A DNA stretch of 64,000 nucleotides from Candidatus Omnitrophota bacterium (GCA_015233115.1 JADFYJ010000004.1:70528-134527); one strand, 5' to 3'; shown: positions 28,338-38,567, counted from the first letter of the stretch. Notes: generated by a model from the sequence alone, not told the origin. Translations and numbers: made by a program.

Positions 28338-28366
28338 TTGACTTTTATTCTTACCAATGGTATCTT
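28338..28366 (+). promoter_or_regulatory. Putative sigma70 promoter for the diguanylate cyclase
   Basis: TTGACT-N17-TATCTT with extended TG. Confidence 0.6.
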
Positions 28367-28416
28367 TTAGCAATATACTAATTGCATCATAACGCTTATT
28401 TCTGAGGTTTAGCCTC

Positions 28417-29607
28417 ATGGAAAATATAGAACAAGATTTATCGCATCAAGAACTATTGGACCTGTATACTCGGACCCAGCGCGATCTGAATGTGCTTTAT
28501 GAAGTCAGCAACGCGATGCGGACCACTTTGGAACTCAATCACATCCTCTATATCATTTTGACCGGTGTCACCTCCCATATGGGTCTTGGTTTCAACCGCG
28601 CGGTTCTCTTTCTCGTTAATTCAACCAACCGTTATCTGGAACCCAAGATGGCTATTGGGCCGGAATCAGGCGAACAAGCGCATCAAATCTGGGAATCCAT
28701 GTCGGATCATGAACAAAAACTGGAAGATTTGATCGAAACTGAGAAAGTATATCTTAATATTCAACAATCCGCCATATTACGCAGTTTACGCGATTTAATT
28801 ATTCCGCTCGGCGGAGAATCAGAAAAAAGCCTGCTGTACCAGGCTTTTCAAAGCGGACAATCCATACATATTACGGAAGCAGAAATCCAGAATTACCAAA
28901 ATGATCTGCTCCTTAAATATTTCAGGACCAATGAACTCGTCATTATGCCGCTTAAAGCCAAAGATAAAATCAATGGATTGATCGTCGCTGATAATTTATT
29001 TACTAAAAAACCGATCACCCAAGAAGACCTTCGCATGTTCCTTATGTTAGCCAACCAGGCCGGACTGGCGATCGAAAATTCCCAGCTCTACGAAATGGCG
29101 ATGCACCGCAGTCAGACAGATTCATTAACCAAATTATGGAATCATGGCTTTTTTCACAACCGGCTCCTGCACGAGATAAAATTACATAAAGACAGTCAAA
29201 GTCCCTTGACTCTTCTTTTGATTGATATTGATAATTTCAAATCATTAAACGATCAACTTGGACATCAAACCGGTGACTCGGTTTTAAAAGAAATGGCCAG
29301 TATACTCAAAGATTCTTGCCGGGAAATTGACTGTGTCTGCCGTTACGGCGGCGAAGAATTTACCGTGATCCTTCCCAACACCAATAAAGAACAAGGTTAC
29401 CTCACATCAGAACGCATCCGCCGAAAAATCGAAATGCATGAGTTTCAGGATGTCGCGTCTAAGAAAAAAGAGCCTGTGACTGTCAGCATAGGCCTCGCCA
29501 CATTTGCCGAAGACGCTCAGTCCAATGACGAGCTTATTCACGCGTCTGATAAAGCGATGTATAAGGCGAAATTTGGTGGAAAAAATCAGACGTACGTTTC
29601 TGATTAA
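28417..29607 (+). CDS. GAF-domain diguanylate cyclase
   Basis: DIDNFK..ND..GH..GD, RYGGEEF, RxxD I-site (REID); GAF-like N-terminus ending LANQAGLAIEN. Confidence 0.96.
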   Translation: MENIEQDLSHQELLDLYTRTQRDLNVLYEVSNAMRTTLELNHILYIILTGVTSHMGLGFNRAVLFLVNSTNRYLEPKMAIGPESGEQAHQIWESMSDHEQKLEDLIETEKVYLNIQQSAILRSLRDLIIPLGGESEKSLLYQAFQSGQSIHITEAEIQNYQNDLLLKYFRTNELVIMPLKAKDKINGLIVADNLFTKKPITQEDLRMFLMLANQAGLAIENSQLYEMAMHRSQTDSLTKLWNHGFFHNRLLHEIKLHKDSQSPLTLLLIDIDNFKSLNDQLGHQTGDSVLKEMASILKDSCREIDCVCRYGGEEFTVILPNTNKEQGYLTSERIRRKIEMHEFQDVASKKKEPVTVSIGLATFAEDAQSNDELIHASDKAMYKAKFGGKNQTYVSD

Positions 29608-29680
29608 AAGTGGTAAATGAAGAAACGATTGCTGCAAATGAAACCTACCAAGCGATAAAACATTCAACAGCCTAAAAAAA

Positions 29681-29710
29681 AAACCGAATCAGTTTTTACT
29701 GATTCGGTTT
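29681..29710. terminator. Bidirectional intrinsic terminator between convergent genes
   Basis: Perfect 13-bp stem AAACCGAATCAGT / ACTGATTCGGTTT with flanking A/T runs. Confidence 0.9.
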
Positions 29711-29732
29711 AATTTTAAAATTATTTCCCGTA

Positions 29733-32700
29733 TTACACAGCAGCCATCTCTTCTTCATTGGCCGGCTGCTCATTTGATATGACTAAATTTTCTGAAGCAG
29801 CTGGTTGTTCGTTTACCACGGATTCAGCTTCGGACGCAACTGGCTCCGTCTGCGGCGCAGTCTGGTGTTTTTCGCTTTCGCTTAATTTTACGGAGACGAT
29901 GCGAGAGACGCCGGTTTCGGGCATGGTTACGCCGTACAAAATGTCGGCGACGGCTATGGTTTTTTTGTTGTGCGTGATCACGATAAATTGCGCTACTTTG
30001 GCAAATTCTTTTAACAAGAGACAGAAACGGTCTACGTTAGCCTCGTCTAGAGCGGCGTCAATTTCGTCCAGAACGCAGAAGGGGCTTGGGTGGACTTTGA
30101 ATACTCCGAATATTAAAGCGATGGCAGCCATGGTGCGTTCTCCGCCGGAGAGCAAAGAAATGCTTTGCGGTTTCTTTCCCGGAGGCCGGGCCACAATATC
30201 AATGCCGGATTCCAAAACATTTTCCGGATCCAATAAAATCAGTTCTGCTTCGCCGCCGCCGAATAGCATTTTAAAATAAATTTTAAACTGTTCATTCACT
30301 TTCTCAAAAGTTTCCATGAACATCTGCCGGGTCGAGCGGTTGATCTTTTTAATCGTTTCCATAAGCTGCGATTTTGCTTCTAGAAGATCGCATTGCTGTT
30401 TGGTCAAGAACTGAAAACGTTCTTTTAATTCTTCATATTCGTCGATCGCGACCAAATTCACGGCGCCGAACGAATCACAATACTTGCGTAATTTGGCAAT
30501 CTCTTCTCTCATCGCCGAAACATCACCCATATCATCATCTTCTGGCGTCAATAATTTTAAATCCGGGCCGGTATAACTTAACATTAAACAATCTTGCGCG
30601 TCATGATAGGTTAACCCCTGATACGGATTGACTCCGGTAAATTGTAAAGCCGAACTTTGCAGAACCGTTTCCATCAAACGATCAAAATCAATTTTATAAA
30701 TCTGCAGGAGCATATCTTTAAGGGATTTCTCACTAAAGCCTATTTCCTGCAAAGCCATTTGTTGGTTATGCGTATTCTGTTTGACGGAATCCAATTCTTC
30801 TTCAACGGATTTCATCTGTTCCCGCACACTATTGATCTGACTGCCCATGTCTAAGCGTTTGGCTTCAAATTCGCTTAATGATTCGGTAGTCGATTCCTGT
30901 TCCTGTTTAAGCTCATCGATTTTAAATCCAAACGCCCGCATTTCATCTTCATAAACTGAACGCTTGTCAGTCTGACCATTCATGTCATTCTCGATTTTTT
31001 TGATCTCATCTAATGACGCGTCCAAAGTCTGCACAAATAAGGATTCATTCGATTTTTGGCTGATCATTTTTTCATGTTCGGAATGGATCTCCGCTTCCAA
31101 TTGAGCGACAGCTACGGCCATCTCTTCTTTTTGGCGGGCGCGTTCCACAATCCAGTCCTGCTGGTCCTTTATATCATTTTTGCACCATTCAATTTCTTTG
31201 GTTAAACTTTCCAAATCAAATTCACCGCGTTCTTCCCGCGCCTTCACTTCGGTTAAAGCTCCGTTGACTTCATCCAACTCTGAGCTTAACAAATCCAGCT
31301 CACTGGTCAATTTGACTTGTTCATTCACCACATCCTGACGCTGAGTCTCGAGGATGGACAACATTTTTTCTTTATTATGGACCATGCCGAATAAACTTTT
31401 GAAAGCAGCGCGCTCGGCTTGTATCTGTAATTCCACTTCCTGTTTAATCAATACTTGCTCATCGATACTACGCGATATTTCTTCGATCTTAGCAGAAATC
31501 TGTTGAGGATCCAGTTCAATAAATTTCATTTCGCAAACAATCTGGTGCATGAAAGCCGCAGGTTCAGCCGCGCCGTTTAAACTCTGCCATTTTTGCAAAC
31601 CGTCGGCATCTATCGCCCTGACATTCTTGACTTTCCCGATAATACCGGTGTGATGGCCTTCGGGCATAGCCGCGGTCATAAAAGATCCTTCAATAATGGG
31701 ATCCGGGCTTTCCTGATATTGTGTATGCAGCTTTTCGGTAAATTCTTTTTGAGAAATCAAAAATAATTTTTTGCGCTCCAAATCATTAACCAGAGATTCC
31801 ATCTCTTTAAACCGCGATTCCAACGTATTCAAAAATTCTTCTTTTTGGTCCCGTTCCCGCACCAAGTCTTCGATGGTCGCGCGCATGTCCTGGACTTGAA
31901 TATTAACTTGCGCGAATTTATTTTCAATCAACGCTTTTTCACTGGACACTTTTTCCTGCTCAAGGTCCAAACGTTTTTTCCGGGCCAGAGCGCCTTGCGT
32001 TTCTTTCATGATTTCATTTAAACAGTTACGCGCCTGAATTTGCTGTGAAGTCAGCTGCATGATTTTCTCTTCGTCGCCGCTGATCTTTTGTTTGCCAGCG
32101 CGAATATCATGTTCAAGCCGGGTTAATTCATCTTTGCGGGTGATTAAGGTGGATTCACCGTTATCAATAATAGCTTGGGTCGATACCAAAGCGGCCTTGA
32201 GTTCTTCAATTTTTTGCTGTTGTATTTTACAGCGTTCAATCAATTTTTCCTTCTGCTCAATAAGACGCTGGTCGTTTTGATCTATATTCGAAAGGCGCTC
32301 TTCATTAAAATCGATTTGATTCTGATTCAGCTCAATTTGCCCGCTGATACGGATCTCGTCGGATTTTAAAACATTGATCTCTTGTTCCACATCATCGCAA
32401 TTGTTAATTAAATGATTTAAAAATTCGCTGATCTTTTCCAGCTCGGCCGTTAAATTTTTATCTTTATCTTTCAAATCTTCCAGAATCTGCCGAGATGCCG
32501 CGCGCTGTTCTGTAAACGCCTTGATGTCATACTTCGCCATTTTTAATTCGAGCGAGGTCAGCCGGTCCATTTGTTCTTTATATTTGCGGGCGCGATTCGC
32601 TTGACGTTCAATAGAACCAATTTGACGTTTAACTTCAATCACAATATCATTGACGCGCAATAAATTATTATCCGCTGCGGTGAGTTTGTTTAACGCTTCT

Positions 32701-33224
32701 TTCTTTTTCAATTTATATTTGGTAATCCCTGCGGCCTCGTCGAGAATAGCCCGGCGTTCTTCAGGCCGCGCGCTCACAACTGAATCTACCCGTCCTTGCT
32801 GAACCAGAGAATACGATTCGGCGCCGATCCCGGTGCCCATCATTAATTCCTGGATATCTTTGAGGCGGCAAACTGTGCGGTTTAAAAGATATTCGCTTTC
32901 TCCTGACCGGAACAAGCGACGGGTGACTGTGACCTCATCCGCTTCAAAGGCAAGTTGGCGCTTTAAATTTTCAAAAGTTACGCTGACTTCCGCGAAACCT
33001 AAAAACTGTTTAAATTGGGTTCCATTGAAAATAACATCTTCCATGGAGGTTCCGCGCAATTCTTTTACCTTTTGCTCGCCTAACACCCAGCGGATCGAAT
33101 CGAACACATTGCTCTTTCCGCAGCCGTTCGGCCCGACGATCGCGCTGATCCCGGCGTCAAATTTTAAAACAGTCTTATCCGCGAAAGATTTAAAACCAAA
33201 TATCTCAAGTTTTTTAAAATACAT
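29733..33224 (-). CDS. smc: Chromosome segregation protein SMC
   Basis: GFKSFA, GPNGCGKSN, Q-loop, LSGGE, LDEIDAALD, ITH; long coiled coils. Confidence 0.97.
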   Translation of the reverse strand: MYFKKLEIFGFKSFADKTVLKFDAGISAIVGPNGCGKSNVFDSIRWVLGEQKVKELRGTSMEDVIFNGTQFKQFLGFAEVSVTFENLKRQLAFEADEVTVTRRLFRSGESEYLLNRTVCRLKDIQELMMGTGIGAESYSLVQQGRVDSVVSARPEERRAILDEAAGITKYKLKKKEALNKLTAADNNLLRVNDIVIEVKRQIGSIERQANRARKYKEQMDRLTSLELKMAKYDIKAFTEQRAASRQILEDLKDKDKNLTAELEKISEFLNHLINNCDDVEQEINVLKSDEIRISGQIELNQNQIDFNEERLSNIDQNDQRLIEQKEKLIERCKIQQQKIEELKAALVSTQAIIDNGESTLITRKDELTRLEHDIRAGKQKISGDEEKIMQLTSQQIQARNCLNEIMKETQGALARKKRLDLEQEKVSSEKALIENKFAQVNIQVQDMRATIEDLVRERDQKEEFLNTLESRFKEMESLVNDLERKKLFLISQKEFTEKLHTQYQESPDPIIEGSFMTAAMPEGHHTGIIGKVKNVRAIDADGLQKWQSLNGAAEPAAFMHQIVCEMKFIELDPQQISAKIEEISRSIDEQVLIKQEVELQIQAERAAFKSLFGMVHNKEKMLSILETQRQDVVNEQVKLTSELDLLSSELDEVNGALTEVKAREERGEFDLESLTKEIEWCKNDIKDQQDWIVERARQKEEMAVAVAQLEAEIHSEHEKMISQKSNESLFVQTLDASLDEIKKIENDMNGQTDKRSVYEDEMRAFGFKIDELKQEQESTTESLSEFEAKRLDMGSQINSVREQMKSVEEELDSVKQNTHNQQMALQEIGFSEKSLKDMLLQIYKIDFDRLMETVLQSSALQFTGVNPYQGLTYHDAQDCLMLSYTGPDLKLLTPEDDDMGDVSAMREEIAKLRKYCDSFGAVNLVAIDEYEELKERFQFLTKQQCDLLEAKSQLMETIKKINRSTRQMFMETFEKVNEQFKIYFKMLFGGGEAELILLDPENVLESGIDIVARPPGKKPQSISLLSGGERTMAAIALIFGVFKVHPSPFCVLDEIDAALDEANVDRFCLLLKEFAKVAQFIVITHNKKTIAVADILYGVTMPETGVSRIVSVKLSESEKHQTAPQTEPVASEAESVVNEQPAASENLVISNEQPANEEEMAAV

Positions 33225-33235
33225 TAACCAATCTC

Positions 33236-33418
33236 CTATTTAACCGTCACTAAGCTGGCCTCTAACCACAGATCAATCTTATCTTTTTGAAATCGCCATT
33301 GACCCACAGTTTTAAGGGCGGGGATTTTCTCTTTTTTCAACCAATCATAAACCGTACGTTTTTTGACTCGCAAATAATCCGCAACCTCTTCAATCGTCAT
33401 TAAGTCTTGGTAAGACAT
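33236..33418 (-). CDS. Excisionase-like helix-turn-helix protein
   Basis: LMTIEEVADYLRV...TVY.W......IPA.K..GQWRF....ID.WL. Confidence 0.9.
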   Translation of the reverse strand: MSYQDLMTIEEVADYLRVKKRTVYDWLKKEKIPALKTVGQWRFQKDKIDLWLEASLVTVK

Positions 33419-33466
33419 GCGATGGCTCCCCCCTTTAAAACAATATAGAAAACAAAATACAATATT

Positions 33467-33495
33467 ACTTTAGGAAATATATAGGACGATGTCAA
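33467..33495 (-). promoter_or_regulatory. Putative sigma70 promoter for the HTH gene and smc
   Basis: TTGACA-N17-TAAAGT. Confidence 0.6.
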
Positions 33496-33595
33496 ATAAG
33501 AAATTAAAAAAGTAACATAGCCGCACTTACATCGTTTAACATTCTTTAACATGCGAAAAAACAACATTTGAATCACCGCGCCAGAGATTCATGGG

Positions 33596-35050
33596 TTATT
33601 GAGTCAGCCTGATTTTTAATTGTTTGAAAAATGGAAAAAACTGGATTCTACGATATAAAAAATATAAGACATAATTAGACTTTAATAGCGACAACAATAC
33701 CTTTAAATAAAGCTTCCACGCTGGACGATGCCCTTTATACACATTGTACTCAAACCACGTATGCTGATTCTGAATTTGTGGCTTTGAAAAATAAGGCAGA
33801 TCAAGCACCGCTTTATTTCTTTCCATCCGGGGATCAACCTTCCCCTTCATCAACCCGCGCTCTTTGCATAAAAAGAAAAGATCTGTTCCCGGGTAAGGAT
33901 AAAATATCGATAAATATAAATAATCGGGCTGGCATTGCCGGTTCAACTTGACTGTTTCCTGAAAATCGTCCCAGGTTTCTTCCGGCAGACCCAGCATGTT
34001 CTGAAACCCAACGCGTAACCCGAATTTCCGCGCCGTAGCCACAGCTTTTATAATATCCTCGTTAGAATAAATTCTTTTTAAAACGTCTCGCCGGATCCGT
34101 TCGCTTCCGGACTCAAGGCCAATCGTCAGGTACGTTAAATTACATTTTTGAAACGCGCGGAATAAAATTTCGTAATCCACATTCGGGGTTACCCTTAAAT
34201 TCACTCCAAAGGTAAGCGGCTCCGCTAAAGTCGCATTATAGTTGGCCAATTGCCGGCATAATTCCAAAGCCCAGTCCATTTTGGCGCCAATGGTTTCCAC
34301 TTCAAGAAAAAAATCGCGCTTTTCTGGGTATTTAAGCTTCAATTCTTTAATTTCCGCGAGAATATTCTCCGGAGATCGAAACCGGACATACGCGCCCGGC
34401 GCTAATTTTTTTAACGCATGATTACAGCAATATGTGCATTGGAACGGACATCCCCGGCCTAAAAGAATGCTGTGTTTCCCATCAGGCTGTTCGTCAATCC
34501 ATTCGCGCCACATATCCCGGTCAGGAAACGGCAGGATATCGAGATTATCCACAAAAGCCCGTGACGGATTTTGTTCAACTGCGCCAGCAGGTTTAAACCA
34601 AAAATTTTTTATTCCGCTGGGCATTAAACCATGCTCGAGCTGGGTTACTAATTCCCCGGTTGGGATCTCCCCTTCTCCCACACACACCGCGTCAAAACTG
34701 TCGCGGATCACTTCTCCCGGATTCAACGAAGCATGGACCCCGCCGATCACTAAAAAAATATTAGGATATTTATTTTTGATATACGAAGCTTTGGAGGCAA
34801 CAAAAGGGTACTCGGTAGCCACAGCAGTGAATAAGACAACCTTGGGGCTAAACTCTTTAACTGCTTGTTCGATAAAAATTTCATTATATCGACCAGACAT
34901 GCGGCTTAAAACCAATAATTTCGTGGCATGTCCCTGACTTTTCAAATATGAGGAAATATACGAAATCCCAAATTGAATGACATCCGGATTCTGTAATGGT
35001 TTATGCGGAGACTGCGCATCGCACAACGACGTTATAAAAAGCACGTTCAT
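33596..35050 (-). CDS. B12-binding radical SAM protein
   Basis: IGGVHAS, GEGE, RGCPFQCTYC (CxxxCxxC), GLESGS, GLPEET, PYPGT. Confidence 0.93.
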   Translation of the reverse strand: MNVLFITSLCDAQSPHKPLQNPDVIQFGISYISSYLKSQGHATKLLVLSRMSGRYNEIFIEQAVKEFSPKVVLFTAVATEYPFVASKASYIKNKYPNIFLVIGGVHASLNPGEVIRDSFDAVCVGEGEIPTGELVTQLEHGLMPSGIKNFWFKPAGAVEQNPSRAFVDNLDILPFPDRDMWREWIDEQPDGKHSILLGRGCPFQCTYCCNHALKKLAPGAYVRFRSPENILAEIKELKLKYPEKRDFFLEVETIGAKMDWALELCRQLANYNATLAEPLTFGVNLRVTPNVDYEILFRAFQKCNLTYLTIGLESGSERIRRDVLKRIYSNEDIIKAVATARKFGLRVGFQNMLGLPEETWDDFQETVKLNRQCQPDYLYLSIFYPYPGTDLFFLCKERGLMKGKVDPRMERNKAVLDLPYFSKPQIQNQHTWFEYNVYKGHRPAWKLYLKVLLSLLKSNYVLYFLYRRIQFFPFFKQLKIRLTQ

Positions 35051-35152
35051 AAAATAGGCTAAACCATGAAGGCTAAAGGTGATAAATTATAGGCAAAAAT
35101 TAAAAGGACAAACAAAAAACCTAGAATTTTAATTTATAAATTCTTTATAGTT

Positions 35153-35211
35153 CGGGCGATCGGGAGATCGCCCCTACGACAGCGTCACCACATGCTACAT
35201 GCTACATACTA
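35153..35211. repeat. REP hairpin (35153-35177) plus CATRCTA x3 heptamers overlapping the etfA stop
   Basis: cgggcgatcgggagatcgcccctac; catgcta catgcta catacta. Confidence 0.88.
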
Positions 35212-36405
35212 TCTATTAAGAGCTGCTTTGAATTTTTTAGTTAAAAGCGGAACCACTTCGAACAAGTCCCCTACAATACCAAAATCCGCGACTGTGAAAA
35301 TTGGCGCATCCGGATCTTTATTAATCGCGATGATAGTTTCAGATGATTGCATGCCAACCAAATGCTGAATCTGACCTGAAATACCGCACGCAATATACAC
35401 TTTAGGACAAACTGTTTTTCCGGTCTGGCCAACCTGGTGCGAATAAGGCATCCAGCCGCTGTCAACAGCCGCGCGGGATGACCCCACAGCACCGCCTAAC
35501 ACTTGCGCTAATTCTTCGAGAATAGCAAAATTTTCCGGGCCCTTCATGCCGCGTCCGCCGGACACAATGATATCCGCTTCCGCGATATTCACTGTGGCTG
35601 TCACTTCTTCAACAATATCTAAAATTTTAGTACGCGAAGTTAATAACGTGCGGTCAACAGTTTCTTTAATGACTTTACCGGTGCGTGATTTATTAACAAC
35701 CGCAGCCTTAAACACTTTATGCCGGACTGTGGCCATTTGCGGACGATGATTTTTGCTTAAAATCGTGGCCATGATGTTCCCGCCGAAGGCCGGACGGGTT
35801 TGCATTAAAAATCCTTCTTTAGGATCAATATCCAAAGCAGTACAATCCGCAGTCAAGCCGGTGTGTAATTTTACCGCCACCCGGGAAACCAGGGAGCGGC
35901 CTAACACTGTCGCGCCGCAGAGAAAAATTTCTGGGCGGTATTTACGGATCACATTGACTAAAACTTTGGTATAAGCTTCATCAATAAAATTTTCTAATTC
36001 CGAAGCATCAACAATATAAACATTGTCAGCGCCGAGGTGAATCAATTCCTCTGCACAACCTTGAATATTATGACCTAGAACCACGCAGGATAATTCCACT
36101 CCGCGTTTATCCGCCAATTCGCGGCCTTTTCCTAATAATTCAAAAACCACAGACTGAATCTTGCCTTTTTTCTGCTCACCAAAAACCCATACGCCTTTGT
36201 ACTGTTCCAAATTCGGCGTACGACTGTTTTCACGTTTTAATTCAATCGCGTGAAATTTGCATGAATCCACGCAAGCTCCGCACAATGTGCATTTGTCAAA
36301 ATCAATCACTGCTTTTTTATCCGCCATAGTCAAAGCACAGAACGGACACACCTTTGTGCAGATTGTACATCCTGTACATTTATCTTTAATAATCTCTATT
36401 CCCAT
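35209..36405 (-). CDS. etfA: Electron transfer flavoprotein alpha subunit with N-terminal 2x[4Fe-4S] ferredoxin domain
   Basis: CTGCTICTKVCP and CTLCGACVDSC; TRPAFGG, QVGQTGKTV.P, GISG.IQH..GM. Confidence 0.96.
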   Translation of the reverse strand: MGIEIIKDKCTGCTICTKVCPFCALTMADKKAVIDFDKCTLCGACVDSCKFHAIELKRENSRTPNLEQYKGVWVFGEQKKGKIQSVVFELLGKGRELADKRGVELSCVVLGHNIQGCAEELIHLGADNVYIVDASELENFIDEAYTKVLVNVIRKYRPEIFLCGATVLGRSLVSRVAVKLHTGLTADCTALDIDPKEGFLMQTRPAFGGNIMATILSKNHRPQMATVRHKVFKAAVVNKSRTGKVIKETVDRTLLTSRTKILDIVEEVTATVNIAEADIIVSGGRGMKGPENFAILEELAQVLGGAVGSSRAAVDSGWMPYSHQVGQTGKTVCPKVYIACGISGQIQHLVGMQSSETIIAINKDPDAPIFTVADFGIVGDLFEVVPLLTKKFKAALNR

Positions 36406-36411
36406 GGCTTA

Positions 36412-37197
36412 TTAACCTTTCAAATGATCTTTAAGTGTGCTTACCAATTTATCCGCGCAGGCATCCGCTTCCCCTTCAAAAATCTCACCTTTAGGCCGCG
36501 ACGGCGGCGTAAATATTTTACTGACCCAAGTCGGAGATCCGGTTAAACCTAAACGGCTCTCATCCACATCCATATCAATCGCTTTCATAGCTTTGATCGG
36601 AGCTGATTTGGCTTTCATTTTTCCTTTTAATGACGGCAAACGCGGCTCATTGATCTCTTTAACCACGGTGATCAAACAAGGCATACTCGTTTGCACAATC
36701 TCATAACCTTCTTCCGTCATGCGGTGCATCACAGCATGGCCGTCTTTAATGTCTTCGATTTTGTTCACATACGTCACCTGCGGCAGATCTAATTGAGTAG
36801 CAATACCCGGCCCTACCTGAGCCGTATCACCGTCAGACGCCTGTTTACCGCAAATGATGATATCCACATCACCAATTTTTTTTATCGCCATGGCCAAAAT
36901 ATACCCCGTCGCTAACGTATCAGATCCGGCAAAAGCACGGTCACTGACTAAAACAGCTTCATCCGCGCCAACCGTAATGGCTTCCCGTAACGCGTTTTCC
37001 GCCTGTGGTGGCCCCATGGTGACAACTGTCACTGTGCCGCCGAAACGTTCACGCAAACGAACGCCTTCTTCAATCGCGTACACATCAAAAGGATTAATAA
37101 TAGACTGCACGCCTTCACGCACCAGCGTGTTAGTTTGCGGATCAATTTTGACCTGAGTCGTGTCAGGTACTTGTTTCATACAGACCACGATTTTCAT
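36412..37197 (-). CDS. etfB: Electron transfer flavoprotein beta subunit
   Basis: KQVPDT, INPFD..AIE, GSDTLAT, GKQASDGDTAQVGPG, EPRLP. Confidence 0.97.
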   Translation of the reverse strand: MKIVVCMKQVPDTTQVKIDPQTNTLVREGVQSIINPFDVYAIEEGVRLRERFGGTVTVVTMGPPQAENALREAITVGADEAVLVSDRAFAGSDTLATGYILAMAIKKIGDVDIIICGKQASDGDTAQVGPGIATQLDLPQVTYVNKIEDIKDGHAVMHRMTEEGYEIVQTSMPCLITVVKEINEPRLPSLKGKMKAKSAPIKAMKAIDMDVDESRLGLTGSPTWVSKIFTPPSRPKGEIFEGEADACADKLVSTLKDHLKG

Positions 37198-38351
37198 TTT
37201 TTCAACGCTTCCTTGATTAGGGCTAACCCGATTACGTTTTTCTGAATTTGACTTGTCCCTTCATAGATCTGCGTGATCTTAGCATCGCGCATATATTTCT
37301 CAACCGGATATTCCTTGATATAACCATATCCGCCAAAAATTTGCACCGCGTCCGTGGTGACCTTCATGGCCATTTCTGACGCGCATAATTTACACATGGC
37401 TGAATATTTGGAATAATCTTTCGCTCCGCTGTCAATCATGCGGGCCACGCCATAAACCAAGGCGCGCGCGGATTCGATTTGCGTTGCCATATCCGCTAAC
37501 ATAAATTGAATACCTTGGAAACTGGAAATAGATTTTCCAAATTGGTGACGTTGACGTGAATATTCTATGGCCGCGTCTAATGAACCTTGCGCAATACCAA
37601 CCGCCTGAGCGCCGATTCCTGGGCGTGATTTATCAAAAGTTTTCATGGTGACAATAAAGCCCATGCCTTCTTTAGCCAATAAATTTTCTTTCGGAACTTT
37701 ACAATCCGTAAAAATCAGCTCGCGGGTAGAAGACGCGCGGATACCGAGCTTGTCTTCTTTCTTACCAAACTCAAAACCTTTCATGCCTTTTTCCAAAATA
37801 AACGCGCTCGCGCCGCGGGCACCTTTAGTCTTATCTGTCATGGCAATAACCACATACGTCTCTGCGTCTCCGCCGTTAGTGATAAAATGCTTCATGCCGT
37901 TTAACACATAATGATCGCCTTTTAAAACCGCGGTCGTTTGCATAGCACTGGCGTCAGAACCTGCCGCAGGTTCAGTTATACCGAAAGCCGCAATCTTTTT
38001 ACCGGACGCGATATCAGGCAAATATTTTTTCTTTTGATCTTCATTTCCGAATAACATAATAGGAAGCGTTCCTAAAGCCGTTGCCGCGAATGCTAAGGCA
38101 ATACCTCCGCAGCCTTTGGAAAATTCTTCAGTCGCGATAACCAATTCCATAATACCGCCGCCCATACCGCCGTATTGCTGGTCAATATATAAACCGCAGA
38201 TATCCGATTCAGCCATAACCTTGACTACATCCCAAGGAAATTCCTGGGTTTCATCATATTTAGCCGATACCGGACGAATTTTTTCATCCGTAATCTGGCG
38301 ACAAAGGTCTCGAATCATTTTTTGGTCATCAGTTAAAAGATAATCCAACAT
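37194..38351 (-). CDS. Acyl-CoA dehydrogenase (butyryl-/caffeyl-CoA type)
   Basis: FGITEP.AGSDA, K.FITNG, KLGIRAS.T, R.QFG, QIFGGYGY, IYEGT. Confidence 0.96.
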   Translation of the reverse strand: MLDYLLTDDQKMIRDLCRQITDEKIRPVSAKYDETQEFPWDVVKVMAESDICGLYIDQQYGGMGGGIMELVIATEEFSKGCGGIALAFAATALGTLPIMLFGNEDQKKKYLPDIASGKKIAAFGITEPAAGSDASAMQTTAVLKGDHYVLNGMKHFITNGGDAETYVVIAMTDKTKGARGASAFILEKGMKGFEFGKKEDKLGIRASSTRELIFTDCKVPKENLLAKEGMGFIVTMKTFDKSRPGIGAQAVGIAQGSLDAAIEYSRQRHQFGKSISSFQGIQFMLADMATQIESARALVYGVARMIDSGAKDYSKYSAMCKLCASEMAMKVTTDAVQIFGGYGYIKEYPVEKYMRDAKITQIYEGTSQIQKNVIGLALIKEALKK

Positions 38352-38393
38352 AAAAAACCTCCTGTGGGTTAAAAAAATACGCCGTCCGCTGGA

Positions 38394-38430
38394 GCTTCCG
38401 GCACTACTCGGACATTACGTCCTCGGTCGC
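38394..38430. repeat. Third, partial copy of the 50-bp repeat unit
   Basis: gcttccggcactactcggacattacgtcctcggtcgc. Confidence 0.85.
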
Positions 38431-38480
38431 TGTGTAATTATATCTTCGCATTCATTTTGAAACCGCGTGCCCATACCCAA

Positions 38481-38567
38481 GGTTAGCGTTTAAACCGAAT
38501 CACCGAGCGAGTTCAGCTCCGCTTCGGAGCTGCTGTTTGAGCGAATGATTTGGTTTAAATGCAAACC
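38481..38567. other. Long imperfect hairpin upstream of the acyl-CoA dehydrogenase gene
   Basis: ggttagcgtttaaaccgaatca / tgatttggtttaaatgcaaacc enclosing cagctcc-gcttc-ggagctg. Confidence 0.75.

Noticed and set aside
33236-33418. HTH gene as evidence of a prophage
   Set aside because: No other phage or integrase genes; the flanks are housekeeping.
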